Assembly (NCBI GenBank): GCA_046761065.1
Contig: JBHIFL010000044.1
Location: forward strand, 1 to 36,321
DNA from: Candidatus Heimdallarchaeota archaeon
GTDB lineage: Archaea > Asgardarchaeota > Wukongarchaeia > Wukongarchaeales > JBHIFL01
Reading direction: 5' to 3'
DNA: 36,321 nucleotides
Position numbers and translations under genes: made by a program. The notes beneath the pieces were generated by a model. That model made no database searches, had not been told where the DNA came from, and was given only the letters and a program-made list of their open reading frames with translations. This document shows, piece after piece, positions 10,011 through 19,640 of this stretch (positions are counted from its first letter, which is position 1; the number at the start of each line of letters is the position of its first letter).

Positions 10011-11927
10011 CTAATTCCTCTTATTCTCCTCTGGTTTAAGTTTTGGAGCTTTAGCTCCAGGGAACTTCCCAAGTTTCTCTAGTTCGTCCGCAACATCCTT
10101 TAAGCCTAGGCTTTCCAGCTTTCCTCGAGTGGGGATGCCTGTTTTTTTATCCCATCCCCGTTTTTCATAGTAGAGCTCAAGTAATTTGTCGTAAGCTTCA
10201 CGTGAAAGTTTATTGCCTTTGGTGGGTCCTGTCTTCACTGGATTCTCAAATACCCTTGTTGGAGGAATATCATCTTTCCGGGTGATGCCTTCTCGAACAC
10301 TGATGCTCCTCGTGATATTATAAACCCCTTCACTCCTTAAAAGGAGGTCTTCTATTGTCGTCTCTATTCCGGTTGCAGCGGAGTACCAACGTGCATAAAA
10401 GTCGAGAGGGATGTCTAATTCAATCCACTGGAATCTGCATACCCCAAGAGCATCAAACATCGGTCTGACGTGTTGGTGGAAGATGACTAACTCGGCGCGG
10501 TCTTTGTCACTCCAGTCCTTACCAGCAGCAAGCTCCTTCGCAATAACCCATGCTCTATTATGGTGTGCCCCAACGTCACACGTCGCATAAGCCAAAGCCA
10601 TGCCATAGCTTGAACGGGTATCATAGGCGCTCTGTTCGAGGCCCTTGCTTTCAACCGCAAACTTTACGGTTTCGGGGCCCCACTTCGCCACGGCTGCTCG
10701 GATCCCTTCTGCTAGGATCGCACCAATGCCTTCTCTCTTCGCAATCATTTCAATGAGAGCCAGCTGAGCATCCGCATTGCCAAACCGAAGGTCAATTCCT
10801 CCTGTATCTTTCGAGGTGATGATTCCACGTTCGTAAGCCTCCATCGCGAATGCGATGAGGTTACCTGTCGATATGGTATCGATTCCTAGGTCATCGCACC
10901 GGACATTCCCACGGATGATAGCGGCCAGGTCGAAGACCCCACAATTGGGACCAAGCATCTGAGTGGTCTCATATTCCGGGCCTTCCACCATGTAACCGAC
11001 ATGTTTACCTGACATCACTTGGGTCCATGCGCTGCAGACCGTGGGACAGCCGAAACACGATTTATCTAATTTTTTAAAGCGGCGTTCCATCATATCGCCG
11101 TCTACCTGCGTTTGATAGTTATGATAAGCATCACTAAAGTTGTTCACAGGGAGGATTCCTAAGGGGGTACCGAACGCGATGGTTGTCATCGTTCCTTGTC
11201 TCTGCCAAATTGGATTGGTCTCATTGTTGATGCAGTACTCATTCATTTCTTCGGCGACCTGCATCAGCTTGTCGAAATCTGCGACAGGGATATCCTTATT
11301 CCCCCGCACAGCAATTGCTTTGACCTTTTTGGAGCCGAGTACCGCCCCTAACCCGGTGCGGCCCGCATTTCGGCCTGCTGCTTCTGTAGCAATACCCGCA
11401 ATCTTCACCAGATTCTCGCCAGCTGGGCCAATTGACGCAACACGGACAGATTCGTCTCCGATATCATCTTTGATTTCCCGTTCTGTTGCGATATTGCCTT
11501 TCCCCCAGTAATCCTTGGCTGATCGTAGTTGAATGTCATCGTCATCAATGAAGAGGTAGGTTGGTTCACTTGCGGCACCCATAAGAACAACAACATCGTA
11601 TCCTGCGTGTTTCAGCTCTCCAGCCATCATTCCACCCATGTTGGAGTCGCCATAGATCCCTGTGGCCGGAGATTTTCCCACAAACGAAATCTTCGCACCA
11701 CTAGGTCCTAGCAATCCACTTAGGGGGCCTGACGCCATCGTGATGACATTTTCAGGTCCTAACGGATCGATTCCTGGCTTGATCGATTCCCACAGGATTC
11801 GCGCGCCAAATCCTCGGGCTCCGATGTACTTTACTGCCCAAGTCGGATCGAGGAGTTCTTTAACTATCTTTCCACGAGTCAAATCAACCTTGAGAATGCT
11901 TCCAGCATAACCACCTTGATACATCAT
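10011..11927 (-). CDS. aor: Tungsten-dependent aldehyde:ferredoxin oxidoreductase family (FOR-like clade)
   Basis: Motifs GGYAGSILKVDL, KSPATG, AGRTGLGAVLGSKKVKAI, CFGCPTVC, EGPEYET, DDLGIDTIS, GAHHNRAW and CRFQWIE. Confidence 0.93.
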   Translation of the reverse strand: MMYQGGYAGSILKVDLTRGKIVKELLDPTWAVKYIGARGFGARILWESIKPGIDPLGPENVITMASGPLSGLLGPSGAKISFVGKSPATGIYGDSNMGGMMAGELKHAGYDVVVLMGAASEPTYLFIDDDDIQLRSAKDYWGKGNIATEREIKDDIGDESVRVASIGPAGENLVKIAGIATEAAGRNAGRTGLGAVLGSKKVKAIAVRGNKDIPVADFDKLMQVAEEMNEYCINNETNPIWQRQGTMTTIAFGTPLGILPVNNFSDAYHNYQTQVDGDMMERRFKKLDKSCFGCPTVCSAWTQVMSGKHVGYMVEGPEYETTQMLGPNCGVFDLAAIIRGNVRCDDLGIDTISTGNLIAFAMEAYERGIITSKDTGGIDLRFGNADAQLALIEMIAKREGIGAILAEGIRAAVAKWGPETVKFAVESKGLEQSAYDTRSSYGMALAYATCDVGAHHNRAWVIAKELAAGKDWSDKDRAELVIFHQHVRPMFDALGVCRFQWIELDIPLDFYARWYSAATGIETTIEDLLLRSEGVYNITRSISVREGITRKDDIPPTRVFENPVKTGPTKGNKLSREAYDKLLELYYEKRGWDKKTGIPTRGKLESLGLKDVADELEKLGKFPGAKAPKLKPEENKRN

Positions 11928-12421
11928 TCTTCTGCTACCACCTTCGCCATTTTCTTGGCTTGTATAATACGTCGGGAGTCACCCATCGTTGTAACCGGCT
12001 CAAACCGGAGCGCATTTTTTGGACACCACCGGACACACGTTGGTATGACCGTTGGATCTTGCGAATATCCGCATAAGTTGCACACGATAGGCGTTGGCAC
12101 ATCATCATGCACGAACATAGCTCCCCAAGGGCAAACTTCAGCACATGCCAGACATTTAATACAAAGCTCTGAAGAAATTGTAATTACACCCAGTTCATCG
12201 CGTGTAATGGCCCCGGTTGGACATGCAGATTGACATGGAGCATCTTCACATTGTTTACAAACTGCAGGAGAGTTCACCGCAGGATCAGGGAACAAGGCAA
12301 CTATCCGAATCGAGGCCTTTTTCGGATTGTTCACTTTGTAAATTGTCATGGCACATGCGATCTCGCAGGTTCTGCAACCTGAACAAGCCTCGGGGATAAC
12401 CGAAATTCGTTTTGGTTTCAA
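11924..12421 (-). CDS. 4x[4Fe-4S] electron-transfer subunit (DmsB/HycB-like; AOR small subunit)
   Basis: Cys motifs CSGCRTCEIAC, CKQCEDAPCQSACP, CIKCLACAEVCP and CNLC...CVRWCP. Its stop overlaps the AOR start (ATGA). Confidence 0.9.
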   Translation of the reverse strand: MKPKRISVIPEACSGCRTCEIACAMTIYKVNNPKKASIRIVALFPDPAVNSPAVCKQCEDAPCQSACPTGAITRDELGVITISSELCIKCLACAEVCPWGAMFVHDDVPTPIVCNLCGYSQDPTVIPTCVRWCPKNALRFEPVTTMGDSRRIIQAKKMAKVVAEE

Positions 12422-12790
12422 TTATCCTCATCATCCTTTAATGTTAGTGAGCTTATGTCAGGCAACAATCTTTATATGATTTACGCCTTTTGAACAGAAT
12501 GAATGAGAAAAGCTCCTGTTTATAAAGGCAGGGTATGTGGTTTTTGAGGAGATGAAGGGATTAGAGAGGTTTACGATTAAAAGGGACATCGTTATGATGC
12601 ATCAAAATATCGATATTGGACTAGAAGGATAGGGGAAGGTGAAGAAAAACCCATAAAAAGGTGGGTAAGAAGGACTCTACAAAGCTTGATACGATGAGTT
12701 CGTGTTCGATTAGAAACTCTCCTAAATCCAAGATTTTACTTTTTAAACCATCAATAATAAAATAATAGGAACAATTTAGGGTGCGTCCTG

Positions 12791-13822
12791 ATGTCAACCG
12801 ATCTAATGAAGATACTTGCCGAGAAAGGACAAATAATTCAAGAACCCATGAAGCGATTTCTAAAAATTGGCACGAGTCCAGAATTAGAAGAAATAGTAAT
12901 CTGGCAGGTTGAATCTGGAGGAAAACGAATCCGACCTGCATTAGTATTACTATTCGCAGAAGCCATTGGAAAACGGAGTTCACAGGATCCATCGATTGTT
13001 GCGGCGGCTGCGGGCATCGAGTTGATCCATAACATGACTCTCGTGTATGATGACATCATCGATCAAGCCACCCTTCGGAGAGGAAAACCGACTTCACGTG
13101 CGGAATTTGGGGATGAAATGGCAATAATGGCAGGAATTCAACAACGAGAAGCGGTCTATCACGCCGCGAGAGCAACAGGACCAAAATTCTTTCCCAAAGT
13201 GTCTCGGATGTTTTCCGAAGCAATTTCTGAGCTGGTTGAGGGAGAACGCTTAGATATTCTTTTCGAGCAGAAAGATCGTCCTTATTCTTATTATAAAAAG
13301 TACAAATATGATCGGATAACCGAAGCCGATTATTTGCAGATGATCAAAAGAAAAACAGCGAGTTTAATCAGAACAGCTTGTGCTGTTGGCACTTTAGTCA
13401 GTGGAGGAACGGTGACACAAATTGCGGCGGCTGAAAAATTTGGTACCGCTGTGGGCTGTGCATTTCAGATCATGGATGACTACCTTGATTTATTTGGTGA
13501 TGAGCGGCTTGGTAAAGTCATCGGTAAAGACATTATTAGACGAAAACTCGGGAATATTGTCATAATCAAAGCTCTTCAGAACCTTCCGCATACAAAGCAG
13601 GAGTTAATCCTCGAGATCATGAGAAGCAACCTTCCCGAGGAGGAACGCGTCTCGAAAGTAATGGAGTTAATAAATCAAGGGAATGGCCGATCATTAGCAA
13701 AAGAAAGCGCAGAGGAGTTTATTGTCAAAGCCAAAAAAGCTCTCGAAGCGAACTTTCCTGATTCAAATGTGAGAAACATACTCGCTCAAATAGCCGACTT
13801 TGTGGTTTCCCGATTGTTTTAA
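12791..13822 (+). CDS. Polyprenyl diphosphate synthase (GGPP synthase family)
   Basis: GGKRIRP, FARM DDIID..LRRG, KT, and SARM FQIMDDYLD. Confidence 0.92.
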   Translation: MSTDLMKILAEKGQIIQEPMKRFLKIGTSPELEEIVIWQVESGGKRIRPALVLLFAEAIGKRSSQDPSIVAAAAGIELIHNMTLVYDDIIDQATLRRGKPTSRAEFGDEMAIMAGIQQREAVYHAARATGPKFFPKVSRMFSEAISELVEGERLDILFEQKDRPYSYYKKYKYDRITEADYLQMIKRKTASLIRTACAVGTLVSGGTVTQIAAAEKFGTAVGCAFQIMDDYLDLFGDERLGKVIGKDIIRRKLGNIVIIKALQNLPHTKQELILEIMRSNLPEEERVSKVMELINQGNGRSLAKESAEEFIVKAKKALEANFPDSNVRNILAQIADFVVSRLF

Positions 13823-14052
13823 GCGCTAGTAGCGGGAAAAAAACCATCTGGACCAAGATAGTTATAGGATCATTTCTCCACCTATATCTCCGGAGAAAGG
13901 GGAACATATAGTCCTTTTATCACCCAAATATTGAATTAACATGCTAAGCGGATTTACCTAGCTATAGATTTGAATTTGTCAAAGAAAAGGTTAGGTATCA
14001 AATCCTTTCATCAATCTTAATCAGTGGAAAAAACTGGATGATATCGATTTTA

Positions 14053-14397
14053 TTATTTCTTTACACGTTCTAAATAGTCTTCTCGGGGAGGGCTGAAAGC
14101 TTCGATAAGAACGGCGGGTTCGTCTCCGGTTGCATCGAAGTTGTGAAGGGCATTAGGTGGGATCCAGAAGGAGGTTCCAGCCTCGATTTCAACTGATTCA
14201 TCACCGATATACAATACCCCTCTCCCTTCGAGAATGTGGCCCATTTGCTCATGGGAATGCTCATGGGGAGGCGTTGGGATTCCCGGTTCCACAGTGAGTT
14301 TCATCATCATCGCCTTCTCTCCCACCACAAGAATGACTCCATGCCTTCCCTTAACAGTTTCGAGCGTTGGTGCCTCATTGGCTTTCACAATTATCAT
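14053..14397 (-). CDS. Cupin domain protein (cupin_2)
   Basis: Metal-binding motifs PPHEHSHEQMG and IPPNALH, with FSPPREDY at the C-terminus. Confidence 0.9.
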   Translation of the reverse strand: MIIVKANEAPTLETVKGRHGVILVVGEKAMMMKLTVEPGIPTPPHEHSHEQMGHILEGRGVLYIGDESVEIEAGTSFWIPPNALHNFDATGDEPAVLIEAFSPPREDYLERVKK

Positions 14398-14496
14398 ATA
14401 GATCCCTTTTATTAGGTATTTTAGATGGTTACTATTAATTGTGGGGATTAAATTTCCACTGAACCTAAGTAGGATTATTGCATGATCTTCTGGGCA

Positions 14497-14859
14497 TTAA
14501 ATCCAAGAACGAATTGAATCCTTTTGAACAATAATCAGAAATGGTTTATCTAAATCATAAGTCCAATTGTTGAACAGGTTTTCAAGACCGATAATAAGGT
14601 CATCCAAGACGGGTGGATGGATATTTAGGTAGATGACTTTAATTTGGTATTTATTCCACAAAAATATAAAATCTCTATCTCTTGTAAGGAGAATAAAATT
14701 ATTTTGTTTTACTAGTTGTGCTAACTCGCTATATTTATACCCACTCCACCCATGTGCTTGCACTGTAGAAAATTTAATATTAAATCGGTTAAAAAGCAGG
14801 TTTAACCGATGAGGCACATTTTCATCCAGTAGAAACTGAGCTTTCTCGAGGACGGGCAT
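14497..14859 (-). CDS. DUF5615 PIN-like toxin
   Basis: FLLDENVP...ILLTRDRDF motif; downstream of and overlapping the DUF433 gene; ATG at 14859. Confidence 0.85.
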   Translation of the reverse strand: MPVLEKAQFLLDENVPHRLNLLFNRFNIKFSTVQAHGWSGYKYSELAQLVKQNNFILLTRDRDFIFLWNKYQIKVIYLNIHPPVLDDLIIGLENLFNNWTYDLDKPFLIIVQKDSIRSWI

Positions 14860-15076
14860 AGACGCCCCTTTCTCCTGCAATTAAAGCTTCGGCATAAGAA
14901 ATAACTTCAACAATATCTTCACGGGTAATTGTTGGAAAGTCCTGAAGAATCTCGTCAAAAGATTGACCAGCCTTGAGGAGACTCAAGATATCAAGAACTA
15001 GGACACGCGTTCCTTTAATCGTTGGTTGGCCGCCACATATTTCCGGATCTCGAACAATCCTCGAAAATTCATGCAT
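14822..15076 (-). CDS. DUF433 family antitoxin
   Basis: RIVRDPEICGGQPTIKGTRV...GQSFDEILQDFPTITREDI is the DUF433 signature. Confidence 0.92.
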   Translation of the reverse strand: MHEFSRIVRDPEICGGQPTIKGTRVLVLDILSLLKAGQSFDEILQDFPTITREDIVEVISYAEALIAGERGVYARPRESSVSTG

Positions 15077-15675
15077 AAATAGCTCGTCTCTTACTCAATT
15101 ATTTCAGGCTCATTCAGGAACCGGAGTTCAAAAGATTTTCTAATGGGAATAATTAATGAAAGCCTTAAAGTAATTTTGCGTATGAATTAAACAATATTAT
15201 TGATGCTTAATGATATGTACTTTCATACCACCTTATCTCTGATCCTTTACAGGTCTAAAACGGAAAAAAGAGAACATTATGACTTCTTATTTCAGATATA
15301 GAGGTTTTCTATTTCAAGGAGATAGAAATTAAACGAGGAATAAAATAAAATGCTTTAGATTATGTATATTTTTATTATGGGACCCAAACTCTTCTCAGAC
15401 GGATTCTTGCTCTAATATCCTATAGTTTTTTCGTTTTCGGGTGGTATTCACTCAAAAAAGAAGCTAGAAATATCCAAAGTCGAAACTGCATTTCTTTTCT
15501 TACATCCTATATTATACTGAATTGGCTAAGCAAGGTTTCAATCCGGAATAAAAACAATAGTATAATTCAGTTAACTTTCTTAAGAGTATTTTGCTAGTTT
15601 TTGTTTTATTCATGAAGCTTGTTTAAGGAAAATGATATGGGGTTACAATAACTTTTCATATAACTCTTATTAGGA

Positions 15676-16371
15676 TCAAGACGTAATTTTTTCAGTGAGT
15701 TTGTTCACTATCTCCTCCCAAATCTCAGTGCGCTCTCCGGTTGAACGTACTTCTTTTCGAGTGAGTTCGATTGCACCTGAGACCTTGCAGGCATGAACAC
15801 ACGCGCCGCACAGGTTGCACTTAGTTTCATTGAGTGATATCTCCAAGTGTTTAACTTTTCGCTTCTCTGGGGGGATGAGGTCAATAGCTCCGATGATACA
15901 GGCATTGGCACAAGTGACGCAGTCATTGTGGCACTTCTCCGAATGGAAGATGAGTTCACCCTCGAAATAGCCCCGCGCATAGGAATATTTGATATAGCGA
16001 TCAAACACCGTTTGCTTTGATATGATACGAATCTTTGCATCAAGGGTCGGCAATCCAAGTTTCCGAGCTAACACACTGTCATGCTGCCCATCTATGTGGA
16101 GTTCAATTGCCCCAAAAGGACAAAAATGGTCGCACACTCCACACCAAACGCATCTTTCCTCATCAATCACTAGAGGTAACGTTTCTTCGGAACCTTCAAG
16201 AGAAATAGTAACTGGTCCCAGCTCTATCGCTCCCGTGGGACATACAGTAGAACAAATAGTGCACGTTACACATTTTTTTAGGTCATGGATGAGTTCAAAG
16301 CGCCGAGCCGGGAATCGAATAGCGAACTTCACCGTATGATCCATTTTCTGCCGCTCATATCGCGGGAACAC
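15676..16371 (-). CDS. Polyferredoxin, 4x[4Fe-4S] (FwdF-like)
   Basis: Four CxxCxxCxxxC(P) motifs. The likely start is GTG at 16371 after a GGTGG RBS. Transcribed divergently from the Hdr cluster. Confidence 0.8.
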   Translation of the reverse strand: MFPRYERQKMDHTVKFAIRFPARRFELIHDLKKCVTCTICSTVCPTGAIELGPVTISLEGSEETLPLVIDEERCVWCGVCDHFCPFGAIELHIDGQHDSVLARKLGLPTLDAKIRIISKQTVFDRYIKYSYARGYFEGELIFHSEKCHNDCVTCANACIIGAIDLIPPEKRKVKHLEISLNETKCNLCGACVHACKVSGAIELTRKEVRSTGERTEIWEEIVNKLTEKITS

Positions 16372-16429
16372 AGGGATTCGCCACCAAAAATCTGCGTAGA
16401 GAGTGAATAATACACGAGGGGAGACAACG

Positions 16430-16445
16430 TAGAATATATAAGTAC
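16430..16445. promoter_or_regulatory. Candidate TATA box in the divergent polyferredoxin/hdrA intergenic region
   Basis: AGAATATATAAGTA (TTATATAT on the minus strand), about 60 nt upstream of the polyferredoxin start. Confidence 0.35.
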
Positions 16446-16566
16446 GAAATTGGGGATCGCCCAATAGAATATTACTTTTGTGGTTCTTGGAACCATGACA
16501 CCAAAGTGTACACAAGACCCAGTGAGAAAACTCTGCATTCTGAGGCTGTTGTAACGAGGAAGGATA

Positions 16567-19500
16567 ATGGCCGCTAAAAAGATTGGATCAGTTCTTGTGA
16601 TTGGTGGAGGAATTGCAGGGATCCAAACGAGCTTGGATCTAGCCGATTCAGGATTCAAGGTCTACTTAGTAGAGCAAGCCCCTTCAATTGGAGGTACAAT
16701 GGCTCAATTAGACAAAACGCTACCAACCAACGACTGCAGTATCTGTATTCAAGCACCTAAAATGGTAGAGGTCGGGAGGCACTCTAACATTGAGCTTTTA
16801 GCCTATTCGGAAGTTAAACTGGTCGAAGGAGAAGTTGGAAATTTCACCGTTACCCTTCTTAGAAAGGCTAGATTCGTTGATGAGACCAAATGCAAGAACT
16901 GCGGAGCTTGTGCGGCTAAATGCCCGAGGAAGAAAATCCCGAGCGAATTCGACTTGGGGTTAGCCAACCGCACAGCTGCCTATGTCCCCTTCCCACAAGC
17001 TGTCCCTCCAGTCTATCTCATCGATAAGAAGAATTGTATTTACTTCGAGACTGGGAAATGCAGGGCGTGCGAAAAGGCTTGTCCAGCTGATGCCATCAAT
17101 TTTAAACAGGAGGACCGAGAAGTAACGATCAATGTTGGAGCAATTATTGTTGCCACCGGATTCGAAGAATTTGATCCTTCCGCAAAAGGGGAATTCGGAT
17201 TCGGTGCATACAAGAATGTTGTCACTTCGTTGCAATTCGAGCGCTTATTATCCGCCTCAGGTCCAACTGGTGGCCAGGTCCTCCGCCCGTCCGATGGAAC
17301 CGTCCCCCAAAAAATTGCATGGATTCAGTGTGTGGGCTCCCGTGATCTCAGTATTGGGAATCCTTGGTGTTCTCGGGTTTGTTGCATGTGGACCACAAAA
17401 CAAGCGATGATTGCTATGGAGCATCATCATGAAATAACACCATTTGTTTTTTATATGGATATCCGGGCATATGGCAAGGGGTTTGAGGAGTATTACAGAC
17501 GCGGCAAAGATCAATTTGGGGTTAATTATATCAAGAGCCGCCCCTCCCATATAGATGAGTTAGAAAACGGAAATCTAGTTGTTGTTTTTGAGGACCTCTC
17601 GCAAGGCAGAGTTGATGAATTGGAAGTGGATATGGTTGTCCTCAGCTCTGCAATTGTTCCTTCCCGGGACAATGAAGAACTTGCTCAAATTTTGGGTATC
17701 GATCTCGATTCGTATGGCTTTTTCAAAGCGCAAGATCCCTTGGCTGCACCTTTAGAGACGAATATTGAGGGAATCTATCTGTGTGGTTGTGCCACAGGGC
17801 CGAGAGACATCCCAGACTCGGTAGCACAAGCTAGTGGTGCAGCTGCGAAGGCAGCAGCCGTAATTCATGAATTGAGAGGGGTCGAAGTCACAGAAGTTGA
17901 GTTGCCCCCGGCGAAAGAGGTTCGACCGGAGGACGCGCCTCGTATCGGGGTTTTTGTTTGCCATTGTGGGATTAATATTGGGGGATTTCTAGACGTTCCA
18001 ACCGTGTGCGAGTACGCGAAAACCCTCGAACATGTGGTATATGCCAATCATCTGTTATTTGCATGCTCTGAAGATTCTCAAACCTTAATTAAAGAAGTTA
18101 TTGAGCAGTATGATCTCAACCGGGTTGTGGTTGCGTCGTGTACTCCGAGAACCCATGAGCCTTTATTCCGAACGACCTGTCGACAAGCGGGTTTGAATGA
18201 ATATTTGTTTGAAATGGCCAATATCAGGGATCAATGTAGTTGGGTGCATTCTGCCGATCGAGAAGGTGCGACAAAAAAGGCCAAGCAATTAGTCGCAATG
18301 GCTGTAGCAAAAGCGAGACTATTGACTCCGGGAGAAGAAACCAGGATTCCAGTTAAGGGAGAAAGCTTAGTTATAGGAGGTGGAATCGCAGGGATGACAA
18401 GTGCCGCAGCTCTCGCAGAAATGGGGTTTAAGGTGTATTTGGTCGAACAAGAATACGAACTTGGAGGGATGTTAAGAAAACTAGGGAGATTGTATCCAAC
18501 CGATGAGGATGCGGGGAAAATTATTGCGAATCAGATTAATCGCATCCAAGGAAATGAGAATATAACCATTTACACCGGTACAACTGTAGAGTCGGTCTCT
18601 GGATATATAGGAAGTTTTGATGTCCGACTCCTTATCGGGGATACAGAACATACGATCAACGTAGGTACGATCATCATTGCCACAGGGGCCAAAGAAATTG
18701 ATCCAACAGGATTCTATAGCTTTGGAGAATATGATAACGTGATAACACAGTTACAATTAGAGCGAATGCTCAAGGAGAAGTCATTAAAGACCAACCTAAA
18801 AAATCTAGTCATGATCAACTGCGTGGGATCTAAAGAAGAAGCTGGTGAGGGCGCCAGGACCTATTGCTGTCGAGTTGGGTGCGGTACCTCATTGAAAAAT
18901 GCCAAACAAGTAAAGGAACAGCTTCCTGATGCAAATGTGTACATCTTGCATGAAGACATGCGAATCGTTGAAAAAACTGCTGAAGAATACTATGGCAAAG
19001 TGCGAAGTCATGAAGGTGTTTATTTCGTCCATTATCCGCGAGAACAGAAACCGTCAATAGTTGCGCGTGACGGAACGCTCGTAGTACAAGTTCACAATAC
19101 GTTACTTGGTGAATCACAAGAAATCACAGCGGATTATGTGGTTTTGACAACTGCTACTGAGACACTTGAATCAGAAAAACTCAGTAAAATGCTCAAAATC
19201 CCCATTGGAACGGGAGGTTTTTTCCAAGAAGCGCATGTCAAACTCAGACCCATGGATTTTGCAACAGATGGAATCTTCGTCTGCGGAAGTGCGCACTCTC
19301 CAAAAGGCGTGAGCGACACAATTTCTCAAGCCTTAGGCGCAGTGGCTCGAGCATCCATTCCGATGGGACGCGGCTATGTGATGACCCAAGCCATTACGGC
19401 TCAAGTCGATTCAAATCTCTGTCGAGGGTGTGGGATTTGTGAGAAAATCTGCGAGTATGGAGCAGTCGGCTTGATAGAGCAGGAGGCTGGGTATGTGATG

Positions 19501-19629
19501 GCGGAGGTGAACCCAGTCCTGTGCAAGGGATGCGGGGCTTGTAGTGTTGCTTGTCCAAGCCGAGCAATAACCCCACTGCATTTTACAACAGATCAGATCA
19601 GAGCCATGTTAAAACCTGCGTTAATGTAA
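16567..19629 (+). CDS. hdrA: Large HdrA-like flavoprotein with two FAD modules (HdrA'+HdrA'' fusion; QmoA+QmoB/BamE-like architecture)
   Basis: Two GGGIAG motifs, DKTLPTNDCSIC, an inserted 2x[4Fe-4S] domain, QCVGSR..CSRVCC, an internal RIGVFVCHCG..NIRDQCSWVH domain, and a C-terminal ferredoxin. Confidence 0.92.
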   Translation: MAAKKIGSVLVIGGGIAGIQTSLDLADSGFKVYLVEQAPSIGGTMAQLDKTLPTNDCSICIQAPKMVEVGRHSNIELLAYSEVKLVEGEVGNFTVTLLRKARFVDETKCKNCGACAAKCPRKKIPSEFDLGLANRTAAYVPFPQAVPPVYLIDKKNCIYFETGKCRACEKACPADAINFKQEDREVTINVGAIIVATGFEEFDPSAKGEFGFGAYKNVVTSLQFERLLSASGPTGGQVLRPSDGTVPQKIAWIQCVGSRDLSIGNPWCSRVCCMWTTKQAMIAMEHHHEITPFVFYMDIRAYGKGFEEYYRRGKDQFGVNYIKSRPSHIDELENGNLVVVFEDLSQGRVDELEVDMVVLSSAIVPSRDNEELAQILGIDLDSYGFFKAQDPLAAPLETNIEGIYLCGCATGPRDIPDSVAQASGAAAKAAAVIHELRGVEVTEVELPPAKEVRPEDAPRIGVFVCHCGINIGGFLDVPTVCEYAKTLEHVVYANHLLFACSEDSQTLIKEVIEQYDLNRVVVASCTPRTHEPLFRTTCRQAGLNEYLFEMANIRDQCSWVHSADREGATKKAKQLVAMAVAKARLLTPGEETRIPVKGESLVIGGGIAGMTSAAALAEMGFKVYLVEQEYELGGMLRKLGRLYPTDEDAGKIIANQINRIQGNENITIYTGTTVESVSGYIGSFDVRLLIGDTEHTINVGTIIIATGAKEIDPTGFYSFGEYDNVITQLQLERMLKEKSLKTNLKNLVMINCVGSKEEAGEGARTYCCRVGCGTSLKNAKQVKEQLPDANVYILHEDMRIVEKTAEEYYGKVRSHEGVYFVHYPREQKPSIVARDGTLVVQVHNTLLGESQEITADYVVLTTATETLESEKLSKMLKIPIGTGGFFQEAHVKLRPMDFATDGIFVCGSAHSPKGVSDTISQALGAVARASIPMGRGYVMTQAITAQVDSNLCRGCGICEKICEYGAVGLIEQEAGYVMAEVNPVLCKGCGACSVACPSRAITPLHFTTDQIRAMLKPALM

Positions 19630-19640
19630 GAGGGGATCTA

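Noticed and set aside
7980-11927. AORs as true BamB benzoyl-CoA reductase subunits
   Set aside because: Both keep the EYE motif and the FOR-type GAHH..W C-terminal region instead of the BamB W-ligating Cys segment. Only the parts list is analogous.
15077-15675. 600-bp AT-rich gap as an ncRNA or origin
   Set aside because: Only weak hairpins; no ORB-like repeats or recognisable RNA motif.
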